DNA of 63,988 nt, filler included, from Catajapyx aquilonaris (lineage: Eukaryota): NCBI GenBank assembly GCA_000934665.2. It is 3 parts of 3 records of this genome, joined end to end, with 100 filler letters (N's around TTAATTAATTAA, not from the genome) between each part and the next. Parts side by side here need not be neighbours in the genome. Positions count along the whole stretch, not along the records: positions 1 to 21,371 come from JYFJ02006064.1; positions 21,472 to 42,845 come from JYFJ02006065.1; 1 more part is not named here. The stretch is one strand, 5' to 3'. Within the stretch, counting starts at the first letter, position 1, and each line of letters starts with the position of its first letter. The translations under genes and the position numbers were made by a program. Of this stretch, positions 11,401 through 21,738 are shown one piece after another. The notes under the pieces were generated by a model that was not told the origin of the DNA, did no database searches, and saw only the letters and a list, made by a program, of their open reading frames with translations.

Positions 11401-14400
11401 TCCACCTCCCCATCCTTGCAGATGCTGCTCTCTAGCGTGCTAATTGAGACAACGTGGCTTGGGGCTCGCCCGGAGAGAGAGAGAGAGAGAAAAAAGAAGA
11501 GAGCGAGAAAAATAAAAATAAAAGTAGACTTGAAAATCTCAGGGTCTCTTTTCCACCCAACTCCCACTTCTTCTGCTTCTTCTTCTTCTTCTCCATCCCC
11601 TTAACCCCCCAAAAATAGCAGGTCCGGTCCCGCGTGCCAACAGCTGCCCCCAAAACCTTCCCTTAGAGACTTTATTTTGGAAGGGTGCAAACTACTCACC
11701 GCAAGAAGTAGTCTAGGTGGCCTGGACCAAATGGGGGGCAAAGTGGGACACGGGCTGAACACAATGAGCAATTCTTATTACTTGTAGTCATACACTGTAG
11801 TAGTGCTGGGTGGTCTCGTAAACTCAAAAAATAAATAAAAATAAATATATAAATAAATAAAATTGTCCAACCCGAACAGGTTGGTACCATCCAGATAGGA
11901 ATTATTATATTGAAAAATTAATCTCAAAAAAATCAGTGATAGAGATGGTTCGGATTTCGCATCTAGGCAGTAGAAATAATTTTAAAATACTATTTTACAA
12001 ATAATGCAAAAAAATAATTTTCAAGCCAAAAAGCTGTGCAAAATGTTTTCCACAAACCTATACGTTCTATAATATTGAAATTCAATCAAAACTATAGGAT
12101 ATTCGTAAAATATTTTGGGTCCTTTTGTTGCCGCCTGTTTTAAAATTGAATTCAGAGGTCCTGAACAAAATGTTTACATTTAACTCACAAGTCAGCATGA
12201 TTATCTGCCTGTCTATCTAATGTGAAAAAAATAAGGTCTTTCTCAAAAATAATAATTTACAAAATTTTGCAAGTGACATCATCCTTAGTTTTAGGTCGGT
12301 TTTTCCCAGTCCTGCCAGTCATGTGGCCAACCCCAGCCAATCACTTGCCCTGCAGACTGTCATTCTTCAAACTAAGGATGCTACAGTGGTTCCTAATAAG
12401 CGCTACTTAAGCTGTGACTAAATCCATGCAAGTGCAGCTGGCAAAACTTAGAAACCGTACCAAAAACCAGCCCCAATCACCACCAAAACAACCACCAGCA
12501 TAAAAAGCGTAAAAAGAGAGAGAAATGAGAGAGAGAAATGAAACACAAAGTGTGCAGAGAGCCAGAGTCGCCTTTTTATTCCGACCTCCGACTAATGTAT
12601 ATATAGAGAAAACCCCAACTGGGCCAGCCACCAAAAAAAAAGGCAAAAGAGAGAAGTTTCTACAGGAAAGCAAACAGTCCTGCAAGACGGACAGAGAAGC
12701 CGGAACCTTGGGACAAGGGTATAACAGGGGAAAGGTAAAAACTGTGCCAAACTGAAAGCTTCGACCTGAGGTGTGGGGGATTTGCCTAACTTTGCAAAAT
12801 TAAACGTGCAGCCATGATGCCAAATTAACACTTCACTTACAGGGCAATAAGGTTGACTGAAATATGTAACCAGCAGCTTAACTGCTTGACGTTAACTGCT
12901 TTTAGCTTACATGTTAAGAGTCAGTCTACCAACACCCTGTAACTGAAGAACTGCCAGGCACGTGAGAGATGACCCTTTATAAGGCCTGTTGGGTGATCTG
13001 TGATTAACCCAAAACAGGGTTACGCAGAATCCCTGCCACCGGGGCTCTCATCCGGGCCAGAAGCAATCCACAAGGAGCGGGGGAGGACACTACCCCAAAC
13101 AGTGACCTCTTTATGTATAAAAGGGACAATAAACATTTGGACATTTGGGTATGTGTGTGTGTGTCTGGAATATGCTTTACATCTCTGGACATCACCAAAT
13201 ATATAATATTTCCTCTTTTTTTTCTTGCATCTTTCATCTCTCAAAAGTGTGAAATCAGACCATGGTCCCGAAAAAGAGCTTGGTCCGAGCCTTGAGCCGT
13301 TCCAGCACGTACTCGATAAAGATGTGGTCCATGATCTTTCTCCCCAAGAAGTACTTTACCTCCTCCTGTCCTTCCTTGGCTGCGATGTGCAGTGCTGTGT
13401 ACAGGTCCTTTGTGGTCGCGTCCACCTGGGCCCCGTGCTGGAGCAGCAGGACCACGATGTCCACGTTGCCCAGTCTGGACGCGATGTGCAATGGCGTCTG
13501 CTGCTCCCTGGCCCTTGCGTCCACCTGTGCTCCGTTCCTCAGGAGGATCCGGACAATGTCCGTCTGGTTGGCCCTGGCTGCAAGGTGAAGAGGTGTCTCC
13601 CCTCGGATGGTCGGGACGTCCGGGTTGGCCCCATGTTGGATCAGGTAGATCACGATGTTCATGCAGCCCATGAAGCTCGCCACGTGCAGGGGTGTCAGGC
13701 CGGACTGGAATGGACAGAGGTCATTTACTGGTCTCCGTACAATCCTGGGTGCTACGTACCTCAGTGGTGGCCTCGATGGATGCACCGTGCTTCAACAGCA
13801 GCTCCACGACCTTTATTCGGTTCTTCTTGCAGGCGATGTGTAAGGGAGTGAACCCATTGAGGGCCCTGGCGTTGGGGTCGGCCTTCCTGTCCAGGAGGAG
13901 CTTGGCCACTCGGACGTGTCCGCAGTGGGCAGCCACGTGCAGGGCGGTCAGGTAATCCACGGTCACCTCGTCCACCGGGGCCTTGTGGTACAGGAGGATC
14001 CTGGCAGCGTCCACGTGGTCGCCTTGGGAGGCCATATGGAGAGGAGCCAGCCCGTTCTATGTGGCGAAACAAGTCAAAGGTCACCAAGTAGGAGTTTCGA
14101 GCAAAAACCGCGGTCATTTCTGCAACTAGGCGATTCTTACCTTTGTCTTGGCCGAGATGGGCGCGCCTCTCTCCAGAAGCATGTCCACGACCTGTTCGTG
14201 TCCGGATCGAGCAGCGCAATGAAGAGGCGTGAGTCCGTCGCGTGTCTTGGCCTCGATGTTGCCCCCCTTGTCCAGCAGAAGGGTCACCATGTTGGCCTTG
14301 CCCCATTTGGCCGCCACGTGCATTGGAGTTATGTTGTGCTGAAGGAGACACCCAGGACAATTAAGTCGGTTTCCTTATTATTATTTAGAGTGCGGCGTAC

Positions 14401-17400
14401 CTTGGCGGAGTAATTAACGTCTGCTCCTCGTTGCAGGAGCAGCGCGGCGATTTGTTCGTTCCCGTAGTGCGCAGCGATGTGCAGAGGTGTGAACCCGCTC
14501 TTGGAGGTGACGTCCGGGTTGTGGTCGTTCTGTAGGAGCAACGCGGCCGCCTTGCAGTCGTCCTTCTTGGCCGCAATGTGCAGGGCAGGCAGACGGACCT
14601 TGCCCCTTGTGTCGTTCTCCAAGAGGACGGCCACCACCTTGTCGTGTCCCTGCTGCATGGCCACGGCCAGAGGGGTGAAACCGTCCTCTGTGGCCAGGCT
14701 CTGGTTGGCTCCATTCGACAGGAGGAACCGGACCACCACGTCGTGGTTCTCCTGCGCCGCCATGTACAGCGGCGTGAACCCATTTTGGGACTGGACGTTG
14801 ACCGAAGCTCCATTTTGGACCAGGATTTTCACCACTTCCTCCTGGCCGGCTGCAATCAGATATGTAACACGTGTAGTATTTCTCCAAAGGTCCGCCATTT
14901 TGTAATTGCAAATTACTTACCCAGAGAGGCAATGTGCAAGGCGGTGTTGCCCTTCTTGGTGGCTGCGTCAACATTGGCGTTCCTCTTCAGCAGCTCGGTC
15001 ACCACGTGGACATGGCCGTCCTTCGAGGCCAGATGAAGAGCGTTCAGCCCGTTCTGAAAAGTACCCATGTGGATGGAACTGTCTTTGGTGCATTTAGTTC
15101 CCCAACAACATTTTGATTGGCAATAATTCGCTGATAATCGCACGAACCTTTCCTGCCATTGACTTGTTGTCTTAAGTGTAAAGTTGGACGTAACCTGACG
15201 CACCTGACGCCATCTCCCCATCTCACGCGATTACTTAATTGGGCATCCTCCTCAACAACAAAAAAACACGTCAACGCCCATGTAACATACCCTCCCACGT
15301 TACGCAACACGCGTGCAGTGCAACCATCTCACGTGCAGCCCTTGCACTTCCTTGACATTTTAAAACGTGGGATCAACGTGCTGCCAACAGGCTTTTTTGC
15401 AAACGATATGCTCAAGTCACGATAACTGTAGCGCTGACTGCTATGTGTAATTGCAATCATAGTAGGGGCTTTTCATCAATATTGCTTACGTTACGACAGT
15501 GCCAGCCTCTCTTCAATGAAGCCGGCTCTGCTTGTTGCCTCGTGATTCATGGATTTGATGACTATTCTCGGCATGGGGGGGAACATCTATCCCATGAGAG
15601 GGAAGGATTTGGCTTCTGCGCTAATCACATAGCGTGTCCCCTCCCCATTGTGATTTAGGCCCAGTAGAAACGAGGGGGGGCTCCACATGAATCGCGCGGA
15701 ACATTGCCCCGACACCTGCTGCGTATGCGATCGATCCCAATCCCCCACCCTATAGCACGATGATGACGTGATGCGTATGTTTGACCACTGGGTGACTCAC
15801 GCACACCACGCACTCCCCCATCCCAGAACTCCCCATGCACACTTTTGCGTGCACAGCTGGACTTTCACTTACCGCATTGCAGGTATTGATGTCAATGTTC
15901 TGCTTCAAGTATTCCAGAACCTTTTCCAGGTTTCCAGCGCGGGCTGCACGGAGGAACCCGGTGTTGGCATCCGACTGGAAAGAAAAGGGAACGAAACGAC
16001 CAATCAGGAACGAGCAGCTACTAAGAGTGTTACCAGTACAAGCTATTAATTACACTAAACACAAACACAGTATTAAAATTGGCGTCATCTTAACCAGCAT
16101 GTTCAATGTCATTTGTAATATCAGTAGCAGCGATCACTGCTAGTAATAACAGCTTCGCGACCACCAGGTTGCGGGGAATCCCCGGCTGTTAATTTTTTTG
16201 GCGGGAATGCACCTGCCTGACAGGTTACATTGTGCCAGAGGCCCATTCATGTCTTCATAGTCCGCTGGATGCGGGCCAGCTGTCCCCGATACCAATGTAA
16301 ATAGCATATAAAAATACTGGAGTGTACGCATAGCTTAAAATAGAGCCCCCCCCCTTCCCCCAACAGTCGCGACCGGCTGGTAATATAAAAAGAAAACGCA
16401 GCCGGTGCGTAACAGTCTGATTCACCCCCTTCTTATCGATTGTCTCATTCAAATGCTTTTTTATCAGGTACACAGGTGCGCACACCTGCCATCATAAGGT
16501 GCGTCTACGGCTGATTAACCCTGCAATTCCGAGATTGGTTATGTTATCCAATCGCCAATTACGTAACAAAAAAATGTGCCACTGGAACTGCGAAACTTTA
16601 AAAAAATTGACATGAAATTATGTAACAACGGTTCTGCTAACAGCTGACCACTGTTTAACGTCGGGTTTCACCAAACCAGGGTCACCTACATGAGTGCCTC
16701 CCCCACCTAGACCTAGTTGGTTAGGGTGGGGGAGGCAACCATGTAGGGGACCCTGCACCAAACTGGTTGAAAATTTAGAACCTCGGTTTATGTATAACAA
16801 GAATGGCCACACCAACCATTGTTGACAACAACCAAAAGTAAGGATTTTCCGAAAAGAATCTCCGATTTATGATTTAGCCTGCTATTGGTTATTAAACCGT
16901 CCATAAATGGCTGGTTAGCGAGAAGGTTTCACCAACAATTAAACGGAAGCTTTCTGGTTAGAGAGAGAGACGTTCAGGAATTGATTTTATCCGCATTGGC
17001 CCGGTGTGATCCGGTTACTGTTGGCTTACCAACTTCCTCCATCCACTAACCGGTTGTTTACCTTAACCGGCCTGAATTAGGTCGCTCAGTCTCCAATCAA
17101 ACCGTCTAATCTGTAGTTAGACACCGACTGTTTAAAAATTCCGCCCCCTTCAACCGACATTTTCTCAGGCATCACCAAGTGTCCATTTTGTGTCACGTAG
17201 ACCCAAAAGGTCATCTCTTGGGGTCCCTGCAACCGAAAGAGGCCATCTTGGCAAGCCGGGGAAATAGGAAGACAATCGATAGTTTTGGTCGGCAGCGGAA
17301 AGACCTGCGCGTCGACCCTGGCACACAGCTCGATATACACATACCCCCATCAACCCCCTACCCTCCCTTTTCCGCCATCTTGCTGCTTTTCAGGGCGGGG

Positions 17401-17736
17401 CAAAAACCACCGAAACCATCCAAAAAAAAAAATGACGACCAAACCAAAAAAAAAACTGGGTCCATTTAGTCTCCAAGTTTGAATCATCCCCAAGGGAACG
17501 GACATTATGGGATTAAAATGTGCGACTAGGGATTTAAGGTTGTGTGGCTTTGCCTAGAATATTGGATTTACCTTGAATTCAACATAGCCTGACATAACCT
17601 AACCTGACCTACGATTTACCTTTGGTCAATTTAACCTAAGCTAAAATCCTATAGGTAAAGCTGAGGCCTATTGTCCGCTCCTCTTTTAGCATGAACAGTT
17701 TATGTCACCTACCGACGGTGCCCCTTCTGTCACCAT
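2106..17736 (-). CDS. Ank2: Ankyrin-2 (neuronal ankyrin, Ank2/unc-44 type), short isoform; spliced gene model
   Basis: Exons read manually with GT-AG boundaries and consistent phases: 17713-17736, 15873-15974, 14921-15053, 14401-14849, 14141-14338, 13760-14056, 13360-13704, 11172-11321, 10162-10491, 9172-9619, 6704-6847, 6488-6608, 4127-4144, 2521-2906, 2106-2440 (3480 nt, about 1159 aa + stop). Encodes tandem ankyrin repeats (GxTPLHxAA), the linker [37 protein letters not shown] and a ZU5 domain ([21 protein letters not shown]). Longer isoforms would splice out at 2229 to exons left of the window. Confidence 0.95.
2521..2906 (-). CDS. Ank2: Ank2 ZU5 exon ([12 protein letters not shown]...NESFDGE)
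   Basis: ggtag| acceptor, |GTCCGA donor, phase 2-1; ZU5 spectrin-binding domain. Confidence 0.95.
3253..3614. mobile_element. Foldback/MITE-like palindromic element in Ank2 intron
   Basis: About 150-bp near-perfect inverted arms (cagggagcatatactacataagaggcgcaaac... / ...gtttgcgcctcttatgtagtatatgctccttg) around a short spacer; no clear TSD. Confidence 0.8.
4127..4144 (-). CDS. Ank2: Ank2 18-nt microexon (KLQWR)
   Basis: cctgcctcag|GAAGCTGCAGTGGAGGAC|GTAAGT, phase 2-2; gives ..HIGKLQWRTFLVSF.. just before ZU5. Confidence 0.8.
4960..5031 (-). CDS. Ank2: Candidate 72-nt frame-preserving cassette exon of Ank2 ([23 protein letters not shown])
   Basis: Open, phase 2-2, ctag| acceptor and AG|GTTGG donor; GC-rich island in an AT-rich intron; polypyrimidine tract is weak. 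Confidence 0.4.
5491..5682. repeat. AT-rich nested inverted repeat (degenerate MITE/hairpin)
   Basis: aatgaaaacttaat..ttaaatgacaactgtccacaaca pairs with tgttgtggacagttgtcatttaa..attaagttttcatt; inner atatgacactgcaacaa/ttgttgcaatgtcatat. Confidence 0.6.
6488..6608 (-). CDS. Ank2: Ank2 linker exon ([14 protein letters not shown]...[13 protein letters not shown])
   Basis: ttccag| and |GTGAGT, phase 1-2. Confidence 0.88.
6704..6847 (-). CDS. Ank2: Ank2 linker exon ([35 protein letters not shown]...)
   Basis: atcag| and |GTGAGT, phase 1-1; conserved ankyrin linker. Confidence 0.92.
9172..9619 (-). CDS. Ank2: Ank2 exon (EDRVNVAA...MSDSEDEG), last ankyrin repeats and Thr-rich linker
   Basis: ttgcag| and |GTAAGT. 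Confidence 0.95.
9644..10054. repeat. 18-bp minisatellite (TTTTTAAAGTCACTRCTA), about 22-23 copies, intronic
   Basis: Directly visible tandem array with variants ctg/cta/ctc at one position. Confidence 0.97.
10162..10491 (-). CDS. Ank2: Ank2 exon ([12 protein letters not shown]...LCAQ)
   Basis: tttccag| and |GTAAGC; ankyrin repeats. Confidence 0.95.
11172..11321 (-). CDS. Ank2: Ank2 exon (VASVLVEHG...DAQGK)
   Basis: ggcag| and |GTAAGG; ankyrin repeats. Confidence 0.93.
13360..13704 (-). CDS. Ank2: Ank2 exon ([13 protein letters not shown]...KEGQEE)
   Basis: ttccag| and |GTAAAG; ankyrin repeats. Confidence 0.95.
13760..14056 (-). CDS. Ank2: Ank2 exon ([12 protein letters not shown]...EATTE)
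   Basis: catag| and |GTACGT; ankyrin repeats. Confidence 0.95.
14141..14338 (-). CDS. Ank2: Ank2 exon ([13 protein letters not shown]...SAKTK)
   Basis: ccttcag| and |GTAAGA; ankyrin repeats. Confidence 0.95.
14401..14849 (-). CDS. Ank2: Ank2 exon (AGQEEVV...NYSAK)
   Basis: ttgcag| and |GTACGC; ankyrin repeats. Confidence 0.95.
14921..15053 (-). CDS. Ank2: Ank2 exon ([14 protein letters not shown]...HIASL)
   Basis: ttttcag| and |GTAAGT; ankyrin repeats. Confidence 0.95.
15873..15974 (-). CDS. Ank2: Ank2 exon ([34 protein letters not shown])
   Basis: tttccag| acceptor, |GTAAGT donor, first ankyrin repeat. Confidence 0.93.
17713..17736 (-). CDS. Ank2: Ank2 first coding exon (MVTEGAPS)
   Basis: aacATG context, donor TCG|GTAGGT, phase 0 matches next exon; resembles the MVTE.. 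start I recall for insect Ank2. Confidence 0.75.
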
Positions 17737-18009
17737 GTTGTCGCCTTCTTGTCACCACCGAATGTGTCACAAAATGTGCCCCCGGGGGGTTCACACACAC
17801 ACTAGAAGGGTTTGTCCAGCACCTCTCTTGAAGCAGAGGAGGGCAATCTGCTGCAAGAGGAGGCGCGGGCCTGGAGGATTTTTTTTTGTGGTGGTGGTGG
17901 TGTCCCGGGGTAAGGGTTGGGGGGGTCAGGGGTCAGTCCTGGTGACCCCGAGTGGGGGTAAGGCGGAAGGGGGGAGCTGGTGCAGTGTCCCCGGCGACCC
18001 ACCTAACCC

Positions 18010-18030
18010 GACTGACTGGACGAGAGAGAC
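18010..18030 (-). promoter_or_regulatory. Candidate Ank2 core promoter: arthropod initiator TCAGTC with adjacent GAGA-type element
   Basis: TCAGTC at 18015-18010 on the minus strand, about 275 nt upstream of the ATG; GAGAGAG at about 18022-18028; CpG-rich context. Confidence 0.35.
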
Positions 18031-20472
18031 CACGGCGCAGAAGCAAAGCGGGTTGTACCCCCCCTCAGAATCCAACCTTCAACCGATGGATACTGCGCCC
18101 CTCCGCTTTACTTATGCAGAAGCAAGGGTGCACCATCACACACACCCCACACAAAATTATGCAAAAATTTATGATGAAAACCGTGCGTTATTAATCCGGC
18201 AATTACGCGGTCCTCGTTGCAACGACTGAAGAGTAATACTGAGAAGCGGATTACTGGTCAGACTCAACAAAAAGAGTGTTTTACCGAGTGGCTGACGTGA
18301 TTTACTGCAACGAAAAAGCAGCACGCCTGTTGAAACAGTCACAGAAGGACAACAAAGCGCGGATAAAAAAATTAATGGGTTGGAAGAAGAGCGCTTATTC
18401 ATATATGAAAGTGTTGAATGTTAAAATTTAAATAAATGGTGTATCTTAGACACTATGTTTACAAGTTAACAGTAACCATCCCCAACACTGGTGCTGCTAA
18501 GTTAGCAGTAACTAGCAGTAGGACAAAAATTCCACCCAATGTTTTAAGTTGCACATTACCAAAGTGTGTCATGTTCAAGGCATAACGATTTTTTTTTTGC
18601 ATTAAACCCATTCAATTCAACAAAGGTACTTGGGTTAGATTTCCTTATAAACATGAATACCCGACTCTTTCCGCAGTTGGAATGGACAGCAAAACCTGCT
18701 CTCTCAGCACCCCTGTCATGTGGGATGCTAATTGGAGCAGCCCTGTCAATCATGTGGTTCAAATCAGCCAAAGGCAATCGGGTGTATACATTGGCTGACT
18801 TGCATCACATGACAAACGCAATGATGCGCCCAACAACATTCCGCTATTTCAAGTAACATGCTTGAAAGCAAGTTAGTATCGTCATCAAGACACAAATTAA
18901 AAGCGCGAGAACTTAATAACTATTTATGCTATACTTATTGCTGTCAGCTTGCATTCAACTTGCACATCAAGTTAATGTACATTGTCACATTTTGATCAAA
19001 AACTTGTCAGCAACAATTTTTTTGTATAACCCTTGTTTCCAGCCTGTGCGACTGACACGCCCAATAAACCAACAAACAAAACGACTTCATAATACGTAAT
19101 TGAGGGGACTGAGATCAAATAGAGCCAATTACACTTGGAAAAACTGGTAGTAAAAATAAGCAAAAAACTGACGATTAATTAACTCTCACTGGTACAATCT
19201 TGAACCTTTTTTACGTCCATATGTTGCCGCAACTCGGCTAGTACGTACATACGCAAATGTGCAATGACATTAAAGTGCATAATTGCGACATGTATTTGTG
19301 TTACACCCCCCAAAAAATGGACTTGGCTATTTTTTTTTAAATCTCAGACCCCTGTGTCACATTTCGAGCAAACATATTGCCCGCAAAAATTTGTGTGTAA
19401 GCCATGTTCCCAGCATGTACATTTCCAATGATTGTGTCCAATCAAATAAAACCAGAATGTAACGACTTCATCATAATTATAAAGAAAATGCACTGAAAGC
19501 GCTGTAGAGGTAAATTTCACGAGCATTATTTTGCAATTTAATAATCAGTACAATTTGCAATTTCCTCCTGTTTGTCACCCTTATAATACCCCCCCAGTGA
19601 AATTGAACCCACATTTTCTTCCGGTAGGTCCATTCATGCGTTCAAGAATGGCCAGCTGATGCCCCCTCCAACACAATCAACCTGCCAGGCACCTGCCAAG
19701 AATGCCTAGCGGGGGAGTTGCGGGCTATTAGAAGGGCAGGTTTTTGAACCACGGATTTAATTACACGCGCTTCTCTCATCTGCTGCTGGGTTGGCATACT
19801 AGGCCAGCGTCGCTCGCGTCGGTGACGCCACCACATCGATCTGGAAGCGTCAGAATCGATACCAGGGGCCAAAGCACCCCCCAACCTCACAACTTCCTCC
19901 CTCATCCAGCAGCAGCCCCTGCATGTTAAGCTCTCCCCCACTCTGAAAAGCGAATCGGAGTCGGCGCAACAGCAAAATTTATTCCTCTTTCCCAGGGTAC
20001 TAGACCCCCCTTGCTACTAACTCCTGCCCTCATCAGTTTGCTGCCTCTTCCAACCCCCCCTTCAATTCACAAACATCTATTATTTAAAAGGGGCTTTTCT
20101 GCCGAGCTGACGCTTCCAACACCTTCTACCCCTCCCTTTATCCGGGGGCTGCCTTGGACCGATCATGCTGTAATTGTCTCTGGCGCTTTACACCGAGAGG
20201 AAAAGCCACTTGCTTATTTAAACTACTTGGCTCTGGATGCAACAAAAGGGGGGCTTGGAAAATCGTGCTCGTAATAATAATGGATGTGTGCGTGAAGTTG
20301 AGCTCATTTTCATGCCCTATCCTTTCATCTCATCTCGCGTGCATGTATAGCAACTATTCACTATAGTACCAAGAAGAAGTAATTCTACTCGTACAAACTA
20401 CTCTTTTCATACAATAATTGCTTCTGTGCGAATGGCAGTGCATCTCAGCAAAATGTCTCAGATACAAAAGCA

Positions 20473-20752
20473 TTGTTGCGTGTATATAGTAGCCCATTTC
20501 AAGACGAATTGTGTGCAAGTTGTCAGAGTGTGAATAGCGACAGAAATTGTGTGAATTGATGGCACATTAAGTGCTACAATTGATGAAGGATCCTAAGAGC
20601 ATTAATAATTAATATTGTTGAGTCCTATATGTTGCGCGTAGTAGCCCATTTCAAGATGAATAGTGGTGCAAGTATCAGAGAGAGAAATGGGACAGTTATG
20701 GCACGTGCTATAATTTATGAAGGATCCTATTTCTGGAGTGTGGGCATTAATA
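20473..20752. repeat. Degenerate tandem duplication, two units about 150 bp apart
   Basis: gtagcccatttcaaga..gtgcaagt..tgaaggatccta..gcattaataa occurs twice. Confidence 0.65.
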
Positions 20753-21371
20753 AGTGATTCGTGCCCTGTATGTAGCTCAATTTTGCTATAGTATTTTAGG
20801 CGAACAGTGTCGTTGCCTCTTTCAATAATGAGAAAAATATTCAGCTATAAAATTATTGTATTTTCATGACAATTTGAGGCGTTGACATGATGGGAAAGGG
20901 AATATGTCACAAAGAGAAATGTGCATCAAAAATAGATCATTAAAAACATTGTTCTAAGCTATAGCTCTTTGGAAATAATCAAAGACGCAAAATTTGTCCC
21001 AAGACTGTTCTCTCAGAAATATCGAGCGAACAAACCAATCCAGCACAAAAAAAAGTATAATGAAAAAGTTTCCTGCAGGTAAAAATGCAATTTCAAGAAG
21101 GACCTGGGAATGAAAAATCATTCAAATTGAAGAGAAATGCCTTCTTTTTTTTGGCAAGCTCGAAGGCTGGTCCAGGAAAAAGATAGAGCGAGTTTTGGTT
21201 GCACGACAATCTTGGTTACAAAGTGGTGGGGGATCGATGGGCGTGAATGAACCCAGCTGATAAGAGCCCAGTCGTATATTTCCTTGCACCAGACACGACA
21301 CCCGGAGTCGCGGCTGTAAAAATACCCGGGGATGAATCTTGTCTAGACCAGAGGGTGAATTCGCAAGGATT

Positions 21372-21471
21372 NNNNNNNNNNNNNNNNNNNNNNNNNNNNN
21401 NNNNNNNNNNNNNNNTTAATTAATTAANNNNNNNNNNNNNNNNNNNNNNNNNNNNNNNNNNNNNNNNNNNN
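21372..21471. other. Assembly spacer (44 N + TTAATTAATTAA + 44 N)
   Basis: Exactly 100 bp; the 12-mer has stop codons in all six frames. Confidence 0.97.
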
Positions 21472-21690
21472 GCACTCTCCACATGACGATGTCCGAACAC
21501 GACCAGTTGCCAGGTAACGCCAAAGTCGTTGTTTACACTTGTTATATGCTATTGTGTCCAGCACTGTACATTACGTCATCGCTGGCTACCCCATGCTTGG
21601 GACAATGCCGTGAAGAAATGAATTAATTAATTCAATAAATTAAATAGAGCCAATCAAATTTCCAGGAGTTTGGGAGCCAAGAAGAATTAC

Positions 21691-21738
21691 CTTCAGATGC
21701 ATTAGGATTAATATCACGGTCCAGAAGAAACGTTGACA
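21691..21738 (-). CDS. Exon 4 of MVNTRS gene (VSTFLLDRDINPNASE)
   Basis: 48 nt, phase 1-1, canonical sites. Confidence 0.5.

Noticed and set aside
13225..15036. Long plus-strand and alternate-frame ORFs over Ank2 exons (also 2146-3155, 9148-9640, 10150-10539)
   Set aside because: Shadow ORFs caused by high GC3 in the real minus-strand exons
17702..18229. 175-aa plus-strand ORF divergent from Ank2
   Set aside because: Lies over the GC-rich Ank2 5' UTR/promoter; no recognisable protein features
21416..21427. TTAATTAATTAA palindrome as a biological site (also 42890-42901)
   Set aside because: Centred in identical N blocks; an assembly linker
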